From positions 2,995 to 66,994 of the forward strand of contig JBMNQH010000004.1 of the NCBI GenBank assembly GCA_050944035.1: a stretch of 64,000 bases of DNA, given 5' to 3'. Below the pieces are notes generated by a model, which ran no database searches, was not told the origin of the DNA, and worked only from the letters and a program-made list of their open reading frames with translations. Each line of letters opens with the position of its first letter. Positions within the stretch are counted from its first letter, which is position 1. Position numbers and translations under genes: made by a program. Source of the stretch: Oscillospiraceae bacterium. GTDB taxonomy: Bacteria > Bacillota > Clostridia > Oscillospirales > Oscillospiraceae. Below, in pieces: positions 25,496 through 35,431 of the stretch.

Positions 25496-27136
25496 TTATC
25501 CATCCTCGCGGATCTGCGCAGCAACAAGCGTTGCGCTGCCATAGCGTTCACGAAGCTTTGGCTTTTCGATTTTGCCGGTCGGATTCCGAGGAACCTTATC
25601 AAAAACGATTTTTCTGGGACGCTTATAACGGGGAAGAGCCTGACAGAAGGTATTAATTTCTTCTTCTGTACAAGTATGATCCGATTTCAGTTCAATGACA
25701 GCCAGGGTAATTTCACCGAGACGATGGTCGGGCAAACCAATGACGGCAACATCCTTGATGGCTTCATGGGTACGAAGGAAATCCTCGATCTGGACCGGAT
25801 AGATATTTTCGCCACCGGTAATGATGACGTCCTTTTTACGGTCGACAAGATAGATAAAACCGTCCGGATCCATCATCGCCATATCGCCGGTATAAAGCCA
25901 TTCATCATGCAGAACCTCTGCAGTGGCTTCAGGGTTCTTGTAGTAGCAGGTCATAACGCCAGGGCCGGCAACTGCAAGCTCGCCGACTTCGCCTTGGGCG
26001 ACGGCATCACCGTTGCTGTCAATGATTTTAGCCTGCCAACCATAACCAGGAATGCCGATTGCCCCAACCTTTTCGATATTTTCCACACCGAGATGGACGC
26101 AGCCTGGTCCAATTGATTCAGAGAGACCGTAGTTGGTGTCGTACTGATGATTGGGAAAATACTTTTTCCAACGACGGATCAGAGAAGGGGGAACCGGTTG
26201 TGCGCCGATGTGCATCAGACGCCAGTGACTGAGATCGTAGTCCTCCAGATCGACTTCACCGCTTTCGATGGCATCCAGAATATCCTGTGCCCAGGGAACA
26301 AGAAGCCAGACAATGGAAGCTTTTTCGATAGAAGCGGTTTCCAGAATCCATTTCGGACTGATGCCGCGCAGCAAAACCGCCGGACTGCCGGAGATCAGAC
26401 TGCCGAACCAGTGCATCTTGGCACCGGTATGGTAAAGCGGAGGAATGCAGAGAAAACAATCGCCATGTGTTTGTCCGTGATGGTGTTGTTCCACTTCGCA
26501 GGAATGCACCAGGCTGCGATGCTTATGTAAAATCGCTTTTGGAAAACCAGTTGTGCCGGAAGAAAAATAAATGGCGGCAAAGTCATCATCGGTAATTGGA
26601 ACAGCGGGATTTTTTGCAGAGCAATAAGAGATAAATTCAAAATAGTTACGTGCAAATTCAGGGCAACGTCCTCCGACATAAAACAGATTTTTTACATTGG
26701 GGATGTCATTCACAATATTTTCCACGCGCTCAATGAACTCACGCCCAAAAACAAGCAGGGAAGCGTCGGACAGATCCAGACAATATTTGATTTCTTCTGC
26801 AGTATAGCGGTAGTTAAGCGGAACAGCAAGCGCGCCGGCTTTCAGAATGCCAAAATAGATCGGAAGCCATTCCAGACAGTTCATCAGCAAAATGGCAACT
26901 TTGTCTCCTTTTTTCACACCGTTTGCAAGCAGAAGGTTTGCGAAACGGTTGGCACGACGGTCGAAATCATACCAGGACATTTCACGGCGATAGGCGCCTT
27001 CGCCACCGGCTTCTACCAGATTAAACTCTTTCCAGCTGATGGTATGTCTGTTTTCCTGTTCCGGATTGATCTCGATCAGGCTGATCTCATCTGGATACAG
27101 CTTTGCATTGCGCTCCAAAAATTCTGTAATAGGCAT
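25496..27136 (-). CDS. AMP-forming acyl-CoA synthetase / adenylate-forming enzyme
   Basis: 546 aa. AMP-binding motifs YFSSGTTGFPKA and YTGD, plus a C-terminal GKIEK. Confidence 0.85.
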   Translation of the reverse strand: MPITEFLERNAKLYPDEISLIEINPEQENRHTISWKEFNLVEAGGEGAYRREMSWYDFDRRANRFANLLLANGVKKGDKVAILLMNCLEWLPIYFGILKAGALAVPLNYRYTAEEIKYCLDLSDASLLVFGREFIERVENIVNDIPNVKNLFYVGGRCPEFARNYFEFISYCSAKNPAVPITDDDFAAIYFSSGTTGFPKAILHKHRSLVHSCEVEQHHHGQTHGDCFLCIPPLYHTGAKMHWFGSLISGSPAVLLRGISPKWILETASIEKASIVWLLVPWAQDILDAIESGEVDLEDYDLSHWRLMHIGAQPVPPSLIRRWKKYFPNHQYDTNYGLSESIGPGCVHLGVENIEKVGAIGIPGYGWQAKIIDSNGDAVAQGEVGELAVAGPGVMTCYYKNPEATAEVLHDEWLYTGDMAMMDPDGFIYLVDRKKDVIITGGENIYPVQIEDFLRTHEAIKDVAVIGLPDHRLGEITLAVIELKSDHTCTEEEINTFCQALPRYKRPRKIVFDKVPRNPTGKIEKPKLRERYGSATLVAAQIREDG

Positions 27137-27427
27137 GGAAGAACACGCTCCTCATAAAATTCGGTTCGAACAAAAAGCAGCGGAACAGACGATGCTGTAC
27201 ACACTGCTTAACGCTTTTATACAGTAAACGGTTACTGTTTTATCCGTTAAATTCTGATATTCTCAGTATAGTCGTTTCGAAGAAAGAAGTCAAGAACAAT
27301 CGAATGCTTTTCCAAGCTGTCATATCTGTGTATAAAGAATGTGCGAACAAATGTCAGGTATGAAGATAAGAACGCCGGTAAATGATAACTCTACCGGCGT
27401 TCTTATTTTTGAAAAGTGAAAAATCAA

Positions 27428-27796
27428 TTAGTCGCGTTTGGGAACGATTTCAATCCAATATCCATCAGGATCTTCGATAAAATAGATCCCCATAGCTGGG
27501 TTTTCAAAGCAGATGATGCCCATCTCTTTGTGCTTTTTATGGACATTCTCGAAATCATCGGTGATAAATGCTACATGGAATTCGCCTTCTCCCAGATCAT
27601 AGGGTTCTGTTCGGTCCGTGAGATAGGTCAGTTCCAGACAGAAGTCGGAAATGCCGTCACTGAGAAACGCGAGTTGGAAAGAACCGTTGGGACCTTCTTT
27701 TGTGCGCACGGGCTTCAAGCCGAGCGCTGCTTCATAAAACTTGAGACTGCGCTCCAGATCCAGAACATTGAAATTGACATGATCAAATTTTAGCAT
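27428..27796 (-). CDS. VOC-family protein (glyoxalase I-like)
   Basis: 122 aa. FDHVNFNV N-terminus and GYWIEIV near the C-terminus. Confidence 0.75.
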   Translation of the reverse strand: MLKFDHVNFNVLDLERSLKFYEAALGLKPVRTKEGPNGSFQLAFLSDGISDFCLELTYLTDRTEPYDLGEGEFHVAFITDDFENVHKKHKEMGIICFENPAMGIYFIEDPDGYWIEIVPKRD

Positions 27797-28057
27797 AATA
27801 GTACCTCCTCATCAAATTGTATCTAGTTACCTTGTTTGAAAACAGGGCAGGGCAACAAAAGGTTAAACCGCCGTAAAACTGTTTTTCATACAAAAAATTA
27901 TTTTCTATGAGATGTTATCTACAGTATATATGGTTCTGGAATTCTGTGCAAGTATCTTTTTCAGTGGCAGAAGAATCCCAGTATAGTCTTTCAAAAGTGC
28001 GCCAGACTGGTAGAGAACATCCGAAAGAAAAGAGGGAGTCATGTGGAGAAACAGAAA

Positions 28058-29137
28058 ATGCGGCAGCATTATGTTAGAAAGGAAGCGTTGACAGACTGCT
28101 GTGTTGCGCTATTGGAGCAGGTGGGAGTCCCGTGGGAAGAAGCCAAGGTCATTGCAGATGGTATTGTTCTGGCAGACCTGCGCGGTGTGGGGTCACATGG
28201 TGTTATCCGAATGAAGCAGTATTTACAATCCTTTTTGGACGGTGGAATCCGAAAAAAAGCGCAGTGGACGATTATGCAGGAATCGCAATCAGGGTTGTGT
28301 ATGGATGCGCGGGGAAGCTCTGGTTTTGTAATCGGAACAAAAGTAATGGAAGTACTGATAGAAAAAGCTTCTGTGTCCGGTATTGCGATGGCAGCAGTCA
28401 AAGATTCCTCGCATTTTGGGATGGCAGCTTATTATTCCATGATGCCACTACAGCGCGGCATGATCGGTATTGTAACCTGTAATACTGCACCGTATATGGC
28501 GCCTTGGGGCGGTAGTATGGCCTTTTTTGGAACGAATCCGATTTCTGTCGGTATCCCAGCAGGGGATTGCCTGCCGGTTGTTTTGGACATGGCAACAACA
28601 GTGGCGGCACGCGGTAAAATTGTCCTGGCTGAAAAAGAGAGAAGAAGCTTGCCGGAAGGATGGGCACTGGATAACCGTGGGGTTATGACGACAGATCCCA
28701 AGGCAGCATTGGACGGAACCCTGTTGCCGGCAGGAGGTCCCAAAGGCTATGGGTTGGCGTTGGTTGCGGATATTTTATCCGGATTGTTGTCCGGTGGTGT
28801 CTATGGACCACATGTTGGAAGCAGTGCACAGACCAGTGTGCCACAGGGTGCCAGCCAGTGTTTTACGGTCATTGATATCCAAAAATTTCAACCATTGAAG
28901 GAGTTCGAGGCCAATATGGATCAAATGATCCGGGAGATTAAGTATTCCCCGAAAGCCGATGGTGTGGATGAAATCTATCTTCCAGGTGAGCTGGAATTCC
29001 ATTTGACTGAACAGCGCAAGGAAGAGGGAATACCGCTTTCCGAAGAGCAGTATACTATGCTGGAAGCGTTCTGCGACCGTTACAATATTCCTATGCCGGA
29101 GAGTCGGGAAGAAGCTTGGAATACGGTGATGGTATAA
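28058..29137 (+). CDS. Ldh-family (malate/L-lactate dehydrogenase type 2) oxidoreductase
   Basis: About 359 aa. Contains GVGSHGV, NPISVGIP and GGPKGYGLA. A GTG at 28043 is an alternative start. Confidence 0.8.
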   Translation: MRQHYVRKEALTDCCVALLEQVGVPWEEAKVIADGIVLADLRGVGSHGVIRMKQYLQSFLDGGIRKKAQWTIMQESQSGLCMDARGSSGFVIGTKVMEVLIEKASVSGIAMAAVKDSSHFGMAAYYSMMPLQRGMIGIVTCNTAPYMAPWGGSMAFFGTNPISVGIPAGDCLPVVLDMATTVAARGKIVLAEKERRSLPEGWALDNRGVMTTDPKAALDGTLLPAGGPKGYGLALVADILSGLLSGGVYGPHVGSSAQTSVPQGASQCFTVIDIQKFQPLKEFEANMDQMIREIKYSPKADGVDEIYLPGELEFHLTEQRKEEGIPLSEEQYTMLEAFCDRYNIPMPESREEAWNTVMV

Positions 29138-29138
29138 A

Positions 29139-29182
29139 ACAGATACGTCACTATTGACATTTTGTCCGTATCTGTATATAAT
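29139..29182 (+). promoter_or_regulatory. Consensus promoter embraced by a 9-bp inverted repeat
   Basis: ACAGATACG (29139-29147) pairs with CGTATCTGT (29167-29175). TTGACA (29154-29159), 17-nt spacer, TATAAT (29177-29182). Confidence 0.65.
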
Positions 29183-29450
29183 ACTTTGTAATCTCTTTGC
29201 ACTGCATTACATCCCAATTTGGGATGCAAGATCAGCAGTACAAACTGAGCAGGCGATGCCCGAGAGGGCGTGGGGCCGGGCCGCTGGGCGCAGCGGCAAC
29301 AGATTACATCGTATGCTGTGTACATCTGTGGGACAGTTGTATGTTCCATAGGTGTATTTTTTATATTTATGGAGCAGCCGACCTCAATGGAGTGCCATAA
29401 GAGAAATCATAACACCGCCGCATTTTTGGCGGGAAACGGAGGATTCTTTT

Positions 29451-31973
29451 ATGACAGACACCGAAAAATATTTTGGCTTGACCACGTTGCAAGCCAGACA
29501 AAGACAGCAACAGTATGGCAAAAATGAATTGACACCGCAGAAGAAGGAGTGCTTTTTTAAAAAAGTCTTTCATATCCTCTGCGAACCCATGTTTCTTTTG
29601 CTTCTCGTGGCAGCTGTCATTTACTTTGTTTTAGGGGAACCCAGAGACGGTGCTATTATGCTTATCTTTGTGATCGGGATTATCAGCATCGATGTTGTTC
29701 AGGAATGGAAAACCGACAAGACGCTCAACGCGCTAAAAGATCTGTCTGCTCCTCGAGTTACGGTTATCCGGGACGGAAAGGAGCAGAAGATTGCCAGTGC
29801 TGACCTTGTGCCGGGCGATCTGATGATGATTTGCGAGGGGGTCAAGATTCCGGCGGATGGTGCAGTGCTACGCTGTGCCGATCTCTGTGTGGACGAATCT
29901 TCCCTAACCGGAGAGGCGGATGGTGTCTGGAAAAGTCCGGTCGGAACCGCTCAGACTATTGGCGATTATTGGCGCAGGGACTACTGCTATGCTGGCACGC
30001 TGGTGACCCAGGGAACTGCTGTTGTGGAAGTCGATAAGATCGGTGCCGAGACGGAGTACGGCAAAATCGGCCTTGGGCTGGCTGCTGCGCCCAAGGAGGA
30101 TACCCCCTTGCAAAAGCAGACCAACAAGTTGGTGAAAACCTGTGCAGGGATTGCCGGTCTATTGTTTTTGCTGGTGGGTGTATTTACCTGGTTCAACCTT
30201 CCGGACCATAATTTTACTGATCGTTTAATCGAAAGTGTTCTTTCCGGTGTGACTTTGGCCATGGCCATGATCCCGGAGGAATTCCCGGTCATATTGACAG
30301 TGTTTCTCTCTATGGGGGCGTGGCGGCTGGCAAAAAAGCATTCACTGGTTCGTAAGTTGCCCAGTGTCGAAACCCTCGGTGCGGTTTCGGTTCTTTGTGT
30401 AGATAAGACCGGCACGATCACTATGAACGAAATGACTGTACAGAAAACATGGGTGGCCAGCGGGACGGAACATGACTTACTCGAAGTTATGGGACTTGGC
30501 TGTGAAACCGACGCATATGATCCAATGGAAAAAGCCATGCTCCGTTGCTGTGAAGCACATGGTATTTCCAAAGAGCGTTTGTTCCAGAATGAATTGATAA
30601 CAGAATATCCATTTACCAATGCATTAAAGATGATGGGGCATGTCTGGCGCAGAGACGGGCAGTTGATCATCGCTGCAAAGGGCAGTCCGGAGCGAATCCT
30701 TACCCTCTGCGAGCTGACCCAGGAACAGCGGCAAACGGCAGAACAACAAATCAACACACTATCCTCCGAGGGGTTACGCGTTATCGCTGTGGCGTTTGCC
30801 AATCCTGCGGACGAGGCTGACATTCCTCCGTCTATTAAAGATTGTCACCTGACATTGTTGGGACTGGTCGGACTGGCTGATCCTCCTCGCGAAGGCGTAA
30901 AAGATGACATTGCTGTCTGCAATAAGGCCGGTATCCGTGTGGTTATGATTACCGGTGATAACGGCATTACCGCATCGGCCATTGCGAAGAAAATCGGTAT
31001 TCCCGACAGCGACCGGATCATCACCGGTGATATGTTGGAGAGTATGAGCGACGATGCACTGCGGGAAGCGGTCAAGCAGGTTTCCATTTTCTCCCGTGTG
31101 ATCCCGGAGCACAAGATGCGCATTGTTCGGGCTTTTAGAGAAAACGGTGAGATCGTAGCCATGACCGGTGACGGCGTCAACGATGCGCCCGCTCTCAAAT
31201 ATGCCGATATCGGAATTGCTATGGGCAAGCGCGGCAGCGAGGTTTCCAGGGAGGCAGCCGACCTTATTTTGATGGATGACAATTTTACCACCATTGTGGA
31301 AACAGTACGGGACGGCCGTCGTATCTACGACAATATCCGCAAGGCGGTGGGATATGTGTTCACCATCCATATTCCCATTGCAGCCGCCTCTTTGCTGGCG
31401 CCTTTTCTTGGTATTGCACCTGCAGCACTGCTCCTCCTTCCGCTCCATGTGGTTTTATTAGAGGTGTTGATCGATCCCACCTGTTCAGTTGTGCTGGAAC
31501 GCCAACCAGCTGAATTGGACGTGATGGAGCGCCGTCCCCGCGATCCGAAGAAAAAACTGTTGACTGGTGCGCTGTTTGGCAAAAGTGTATTACAGGGTGC
31601 TGTAATTTTTGCCGCTTCCTTCGGTGCTTATTTCACTGTGCTTGCGGGAAAACCGGCAAACGCCCCGATGGCCCGCGCCATGGGAATTTCCATCATCATG
31701 TTGGCAAATCTGTTCTTGGTGCAGGTAAACAGCTCGGATCATGATTTTGCCTATTGTTCTGTCAAGCGTCTGGCGAAAGACCCGGTCATGTGGGTGGTCA
31801 ACCTTGGCACGCTGGCGCTGTTGTATATCAATCTCTATACACCGCTGACAGATTTTCTGAAATTGGCTCCGCTGTCCGGAATGCAGGTGCTTTGTGCACT
31901 GGGACTGGCCACAGGATCTGTGTTCTGGTATGAGTTGGTAAAGCTGGCAAAGCACTGTAAACACAAAAAGTAG
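29451..31973 (+). CDS. Cation-transporting P-type ATPase (type II, Ca/Mg-like)
   Basis: 840 aa from the ATG behind ACGGAGG. Contains DKTGTIT, MITGDN and GDGVNDAPALK. Confidence 0.9.
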   Translation: MTDTEKYFGLTTLQARQRQQQYGKNELTPQKKECFFKKVFHILCEPMFLLLLVAAVIYFVLGEPRDGAIMLIFVIGIISIDVVQEWKTDKTLNALKDLSAPRVTVIRDGKEQKIASADLVPGDLMMICEGVKIPADGAVLRCADLCVDESSLTGEADGVWKSPVGTAQTIGDYWRRDYCYAGTLVTQGTAVVEVDKIGAETEYGKIGLGLAAAPKEDTPLQKQTNKLVKTCAGIAGLLFLLVGVFTWFNLPDHNFTDRLIESVLSGVTLAMAMIPEEFPVILTVFLSMGAWRLAKKHSLVRKLPSVETLGAVSVLCVDKTGTITMNEMTVQKTWVASGTEHDLLEVMGLGCETDAYDPMEKAMLRCCEAHGISKERLFQNELITEYPFTNALKMMGHVWRRDGQLIIAAKGSPERILTLCELTQEQRQTAEQQINTLSSEGLRVIAVAFANPADEADIPPSIKDCHLTLLGLVGLADPPREGVKDDIAVCNKAGIRVVMITGDNGITASAIAKKIGIPDSDRIITGDMLESMSDDALREAVKQVSIFSRVIPEHKMRIVRAFRENGEIVAMTGDGVNDAPALKYADIGIAMGKRGSEVSREAADLILMDDNFTTIVETVRDGRRIYDNIRKAVGYVFTIHIPIAAASLLAPFLGIAPAALLLLPLHVVLLEVLIDPTCSVVLERQPAELDVMERRPRDPKKKLLTGALFGKSVLQGAVIFAASFGAYFTVLAGKPANAPMARAMGISIIMLANLFLVQVNSSDHDFAYCSVKRLAKDPVMWVVNLGTLALLYINLYTPLTDFLKLAPLSGMQVLCALGLATGSVFWYELVKLAKHCKHKK

Positions 31974-31999
31974 GGATAAGAACAATGCCTGTTTAGTAT

Positions 32000-32045
32000 A
32001 AAGAAATGAGGCTCTTACATCATGATGTAAGAGCCTCATTTCTTT
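32000..32045. terminator. 46-bp perfect palindrome (extendable to 50 bp, 31998-32047)
   Basis: AAAGAAATGAGGCTCTTACATCA followed directly by its reverse complement. Lies between the ATPase stop and the tRNA 3' end. Confidence 0.8.
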
Positions 32046-32046
32046 A

Positions 32047-32120
32047 TGGCAGCGGGTGAAGGATTCGAACCCTCACAAACGGAGTCAGAGTCCGGTGTGC
32101 TACCATTACACAAACCCGCT
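32047..32120 (-). tRNA. tRNA-Gln (anticodon CUG), copy 1, CCA encoded
   Basis: Manual fold: acceptor AGCGGGT/ACCCGCT, anticodon loop CUCUGAC, T-arm GAGGG-TTCGAAT-CCTTC. The CACCGGAnUCUGAnUCCG core resembles E. coli tRNA-Gln. Confidence 0.85.
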
Positions 32121-32132
32121 AAAGCGAGATTT

Positions 32133-32161
32133 ATTATACTCACTTCTATGAATTCTGTCAA
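32133..32161 (-). promoter_or_regulatory. Consensus promoter of tRNA-Gln copy 1
   Basis: On the minus strand: TTGACA, 17-nt spacer, TATAAT. Ends about 12 nt before the tRNA 5' end. Confidence 0.7.
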
Positions 32162-32309
32162 GAAAAAACTAAAAAATTCTAAGAAAATCGTGGTAGAACG
32201 ATTCGGCATGCTTTTCCTGATAACGTACAGGATGAAAGGAAATGGCCGCATACAGGTTCCTGTATGCGGCCATAGTGTCATTTAGATATAACAAGAATAT
32301 GAACAGTCA

Positions 32310-32576
32310 TTAGTCTCCGATGTTACAATCTGCTTCTTCTACCAGATCGCGAAATTTGTCCAGGAGTTGTAAGATTTCCTCTTTGTTCATGGATAACAGA
32401 AGAAAAATCAGAGAGTACGATGAGAAGAAAAATTTTCCTTGTTCCAGATTTGTGTAGGATCTTGGTGAGATGTGCAGCAATTCTGCCAGCTGTTCCTGCG
32501 AAAGATGCTTTCCAGTTCGGAATGCCTTAAGATGATCTTTGGTGAATTCTTTGAAGATGGATTTGTATTTCCGCAT
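32310..32576 (-). CDS. XRE-family HTH protein
   Basis: 88 aa. HTH LSQEQLAELLHISPRSYTNLEQG. Confidence 0.7.
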   Translation of the reverse strand: MRKYKSIFKEFTKDHLKAFRTGKHLSQEQLAELLHISPRSYTNLEQGKFFFSSYSLIFLLLSMNKEEILQLLDKFRDLVEEADCNIGD

Positions 32577-32842
32577 GATTAAAACCTCCTGTATATCTAA
32601 GGTAAGGAAATTTTATCAATATTTGTAAAACATCACCATGAATTACACCACGGAAAAAAGAAGAAAGAAATCTTTGACACGCTTAATATATAGAGGAGAA
32701 ACAGAGAAGCCCCCTCTATAATTATTACCAATTATGCTACTGGCAGTTTTAATTTTTGTGAGAAAAACGGAGGCTTTTGGGTGCTGTACATTGTATGAAT
32801 TTATGCTATAATCGAACTGTATTTTACAGGAAAGGGATTTAT

Positions 32843-34645
32843 ATGCTTTTATCGATTGAACATATCAGTAAAGATTATGGTACAAAAAAGCTGTTAGATG
32901 ATATTGCACTCTATTTGAATGAGGGTGACAAGATTGGTATTATTGGAATTAATGGTGCGGGAAAATCTACATTGCTTAAGATTTTAGCTGGTGTCGAGGA
33001 GGCAGATCAGGGAACATTAACGCGTAATCACAATATTCGAGTTTCTTATCTTGCACAAAATCCGAATATGGACGACAATCATACCGTGATGGAACAGGTG
33101 TTCGCCGATTTGCCCGATGATTTTCGTACGTTAAACGAATATGAGGCGCGTACCATGTTGACTGTGCTCGGTATTACAAGATTTGACCAGAAAATTGGGA
33201 CGCTGTCAGGTGGACAACGGAAACGAGTTGCATTGGCGGCAGCGCTGATTCACCCGGCAGATCTTTTCATCTTGGATGAGCCGACCAACCATCTGGACAG
33301 TGAAATGGTCACATGGCTGGAACAGCAACTGATTCGTTTCAATGGTGGACTGGTTATGGTAACCCACGACCGTTATTTTCTGGAGCGTGTGGTCAATCAT
33401 ATTACAGAGCTCAGTCGCGGGAAGCTCTATCATTATGAGGCGAACTATTCCAGGTATTTGGAATTAAAAGCGCAGCGCACGGAAATTGAAGAGGCAAGTG
33501 AGCGCAAACGGCAAGCAGTGTTGCGGCGAGAATATCAATGGATCATGCGTGGAGCCAGAGCGCGCGGCACAAAGAGCCGGGAGCGAATTGCGCGGTATGA
33601 GGCGCTGCGCGATCAAAGCGGGCCGCAGCACGAGGAAGGCGTTCAGATGGTCGGAATATCCAGTCGGCTGGGGCGGAAAACGATTGCGCTCTCCCATATC
33701 AGTAAAGCTTTCGACGGAATTACTGTATTGGACGATTTCAGTTACCAGTTTGCCCGCGACGATCGGATTGGTATTGTCGGACGCAACGGTGTTGGGAAAT
33801 CTACCCTGCTGAATATCATCAGCGGTGCCATACAGGCGGACAGTGGAACAGTAGACATGGGTGCAACGGTTCGGTTGGGCTATTTTACCCAGGAGGGAAG
33901 AGCGCTTGACCCCGATCAGCGAGTCTATGATTTTATCGCTGAAATTGCGGATCACTTCAAAACCAAAGAGGGAACTTTTTCTGCTTCTCAGATGTTGGAA
34001 CGCTTTTTATTTCCTGCGGATTTACAGTGTACTCCAATGGGAAAGTTGAGCGGCGGGGAGCGGCGACGCGTCTATTTGCTCAGTATTTTGATGGAGGCCC
34101 CCAATATTTTACTGCTGGACGAGCCAACCAACGATCTGGATGTTGAAACCCTAGCCATTTTAGAGGACTATCTTGAGGACTTTGACGGCGCTGTGGTTGC
34201 TGTGTCCCATGACCGCTATTTTTTGGACAAAATGGCAGATTCGATCTTTGAGATTGAGAGCGGTGGACAGGTAAACCGTTATGTGGGAAACTATAGTGAC
34301 TATGCCGAAAAGAAAAAAGCCGAACAGACGAATGAAAGTGTGCAGACAAAGCCCGAATCTGTACCGGCGCCGAAGAGAAAATCGGATCCTGTGCCTAAAA
34401 AACTGAAATTTTCCTTCAAAGAACAACGTGAATTTGAGACCATTGATGATGACATCGCGGCGCTGGAACAGCAGCTTGCAGAATTGGAACAACAGATTGA
34501 AGAATTTGCCTGTGACTATGTGAAACTTTCTGCATTGACGGAAGAAAAGGAAGCATTGACGCTTCAACTGGAGGAGAAAACAGAACGCTGGGTTTACCTC
34601 AACGAATTGGCGGAAAAGATTGAAGCCCAGCGGACAGGTTCCTGA
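32843..34645 (+). CDS. ABC-F family ATPase (Uup-like, C-terminal coiled coil)
   Basis: 600 aa from the ATG at 32843. Two ABC cassettes (GINGAGKST, GRNGVGKST; LSGG signatures). No membrane domain. TG-extended TATAAT at 32804-32812. Confidence 0.88.
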   Translation: MLLSIEHISKDYGTKKLLDDIALYLNEGDKIGIIGINGAGKSTLLKILAGVEEADQGTLTRNHNIRVSYLAQNPNMDDNHTVMEQVFADLPDDFRTLNEYEARTMLTVLGITRFDQKIGTLSGGQRKRVALAAALIHPADLFILDEPTNHLDSEMVTWLEQQLIRFNGGLVMVTHDRYFLERVVNHITELSRGKLYHYEANYSRYLELKAQRTEIEEASERKRQAVLRREYQWIMRGARARGTKSRERIARYEALRDQSGPQHEEGVQMVGISSRLGRKTIALSHISKAFDGITVLDDFSYQFARDDRIGIVGRNGVGKSTLLNIISGAIQADSGTVDMGATVRLGYFTQEGRALDPDQRVYDFIAEIADHFKTKEGTFSASQMLERFLFPADLQCTPMGKLSGGERRRVYLLSILMEAPNILLLDEPTNDLDVETLAILEDYLEDFDGAVVAVSHDRYFLDKMADSIFEIESGGQVNRYVGNYSDYAEKKKAEQTNESVQTKPESVPAPKRKSDPVPKKLKFSFKEQREFETIDDDIAALEQQLAELEQQIEEFACDYVKLSALTEEKEALTLQLEEKTERWVYLNELAEKIEAQRTGS

Positions 34646-34669
34646 TTTTCTGGAAAGAAAGGTAAAGTT

Positions 34670-35278
34670 ATGATACATCAACCCAAAAAAGATCCCAAAA
34701 TTCAAAAATTGCTCAGTGCAGCAACGGTTTTAGCTGTACTGTTGATGATTCCGATCTACCTTATTGTATCACGATGGAGTAAGACGGTAGCTGGAATCGA
34801 TATGTTCTATATCTTTTTGTACGGTTTCATGACCGTTATACTGTACTTCTTTCCACAGTTGCTGTTCTTCCAGAATATCCGGATTGATGACAGCAATGTC
34901 ACAGTCAGTCGTGCCGGTCTGTTGCCCGATCGGTTGGTTTTTGCAAAACAGGATGTTGCTTACTGTCGGCTGGATCGGAAGGATGGTACGCCTCTCACGT
35001 TGCAGAGTGAGGATCCACAGGTCAAGGATGGTTGTGCTGTTGCCTTCGTATTGAAGGATGGGACAAAAGTGACTTCGGATCGGATCTATTTTGATTTGGA
35101 CGCATTTGATGCGTTTCGTCAGGCACTGCCCAATTTGATAGCACCAGGAGAAAGTAAAGAGTACAAAACCTCTTCCAAGCATGCCGTACCCATTCAATAT
35201 ACCCGGCATCTGGAGATTCCACTTGGGGGCATCATTCTTATCTTTCTTGGCTATGTGTTCTACAGTATTGCGTTCTAA
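34670..35278 (+). CDS. Membrane protein, unknown function
   Basis: 202 aa. Two N-terminal helices and one C-terminal hydrophobic helix around a soluble middle. Confidence 0.5.
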   Translation: MIHQPKKDPKIQKLLSAATVLAVLLMIPIYLIVSRWSKTVAGIDMFYIFLYGFMTVILYFFPQLLFFQNIRIDDSNVTVSRAGLLPDRLVFAKQDVAYCRLDRKDGTPLTLQSEDPQVKDGCAVAFVLKDGTKVTSDRIYFDLDAFDAFRQALPNLIAPGESKEYKTSSKHAVPIQYTRHLEIPLGGIILIFLGYVFYSIAF

Positions 35279-35431
35279 TTAAGACAGAACAATTTGTAAA
35301 CATATTCGGAATGGTATCAGAAATTTATTGATCTATGGCAGAGCTTTAACAAATAACCCCCGGGGGGGCTTGTACGCGCTTGTCGATGGGTGTAATATGA
35401 CACTGTAAATTAACCAAAGGATGGTGTTTTT

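Noticed and set aside
29183-29450. M-box (Mg) or yybP-ykoY (Mn) riboswitch in the P-type ATPase leader.
   Set aside because: I could not find the conserved core sequences of either family by eye. It is left as an unclassified structured leader.
31590-32039. 149-aa minus-strand ORF at the end of the P-type ATPase gene.
   Set aside because: It is antisense to the ATPase C-terminus and runs into the 46-bp palindrome. It is a shadow ORF.
32046-32285. 79-aa ORF MAAGEGFEPSQTESESGV... and its twin at 40405-40599.
   Set aside because: Both are reverse-strand read-throughs of the two tRNA-Gln genes, not proteins.
35279-35431. Cobalamin or NiCo riboswitch upstream of cbiM.
   Set aside because: The roughly 150-nt region has a plausible promoter (TTGTAC-17-TAATAT) close to the ATG. 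It has no recognisable B12 box and no long leader.
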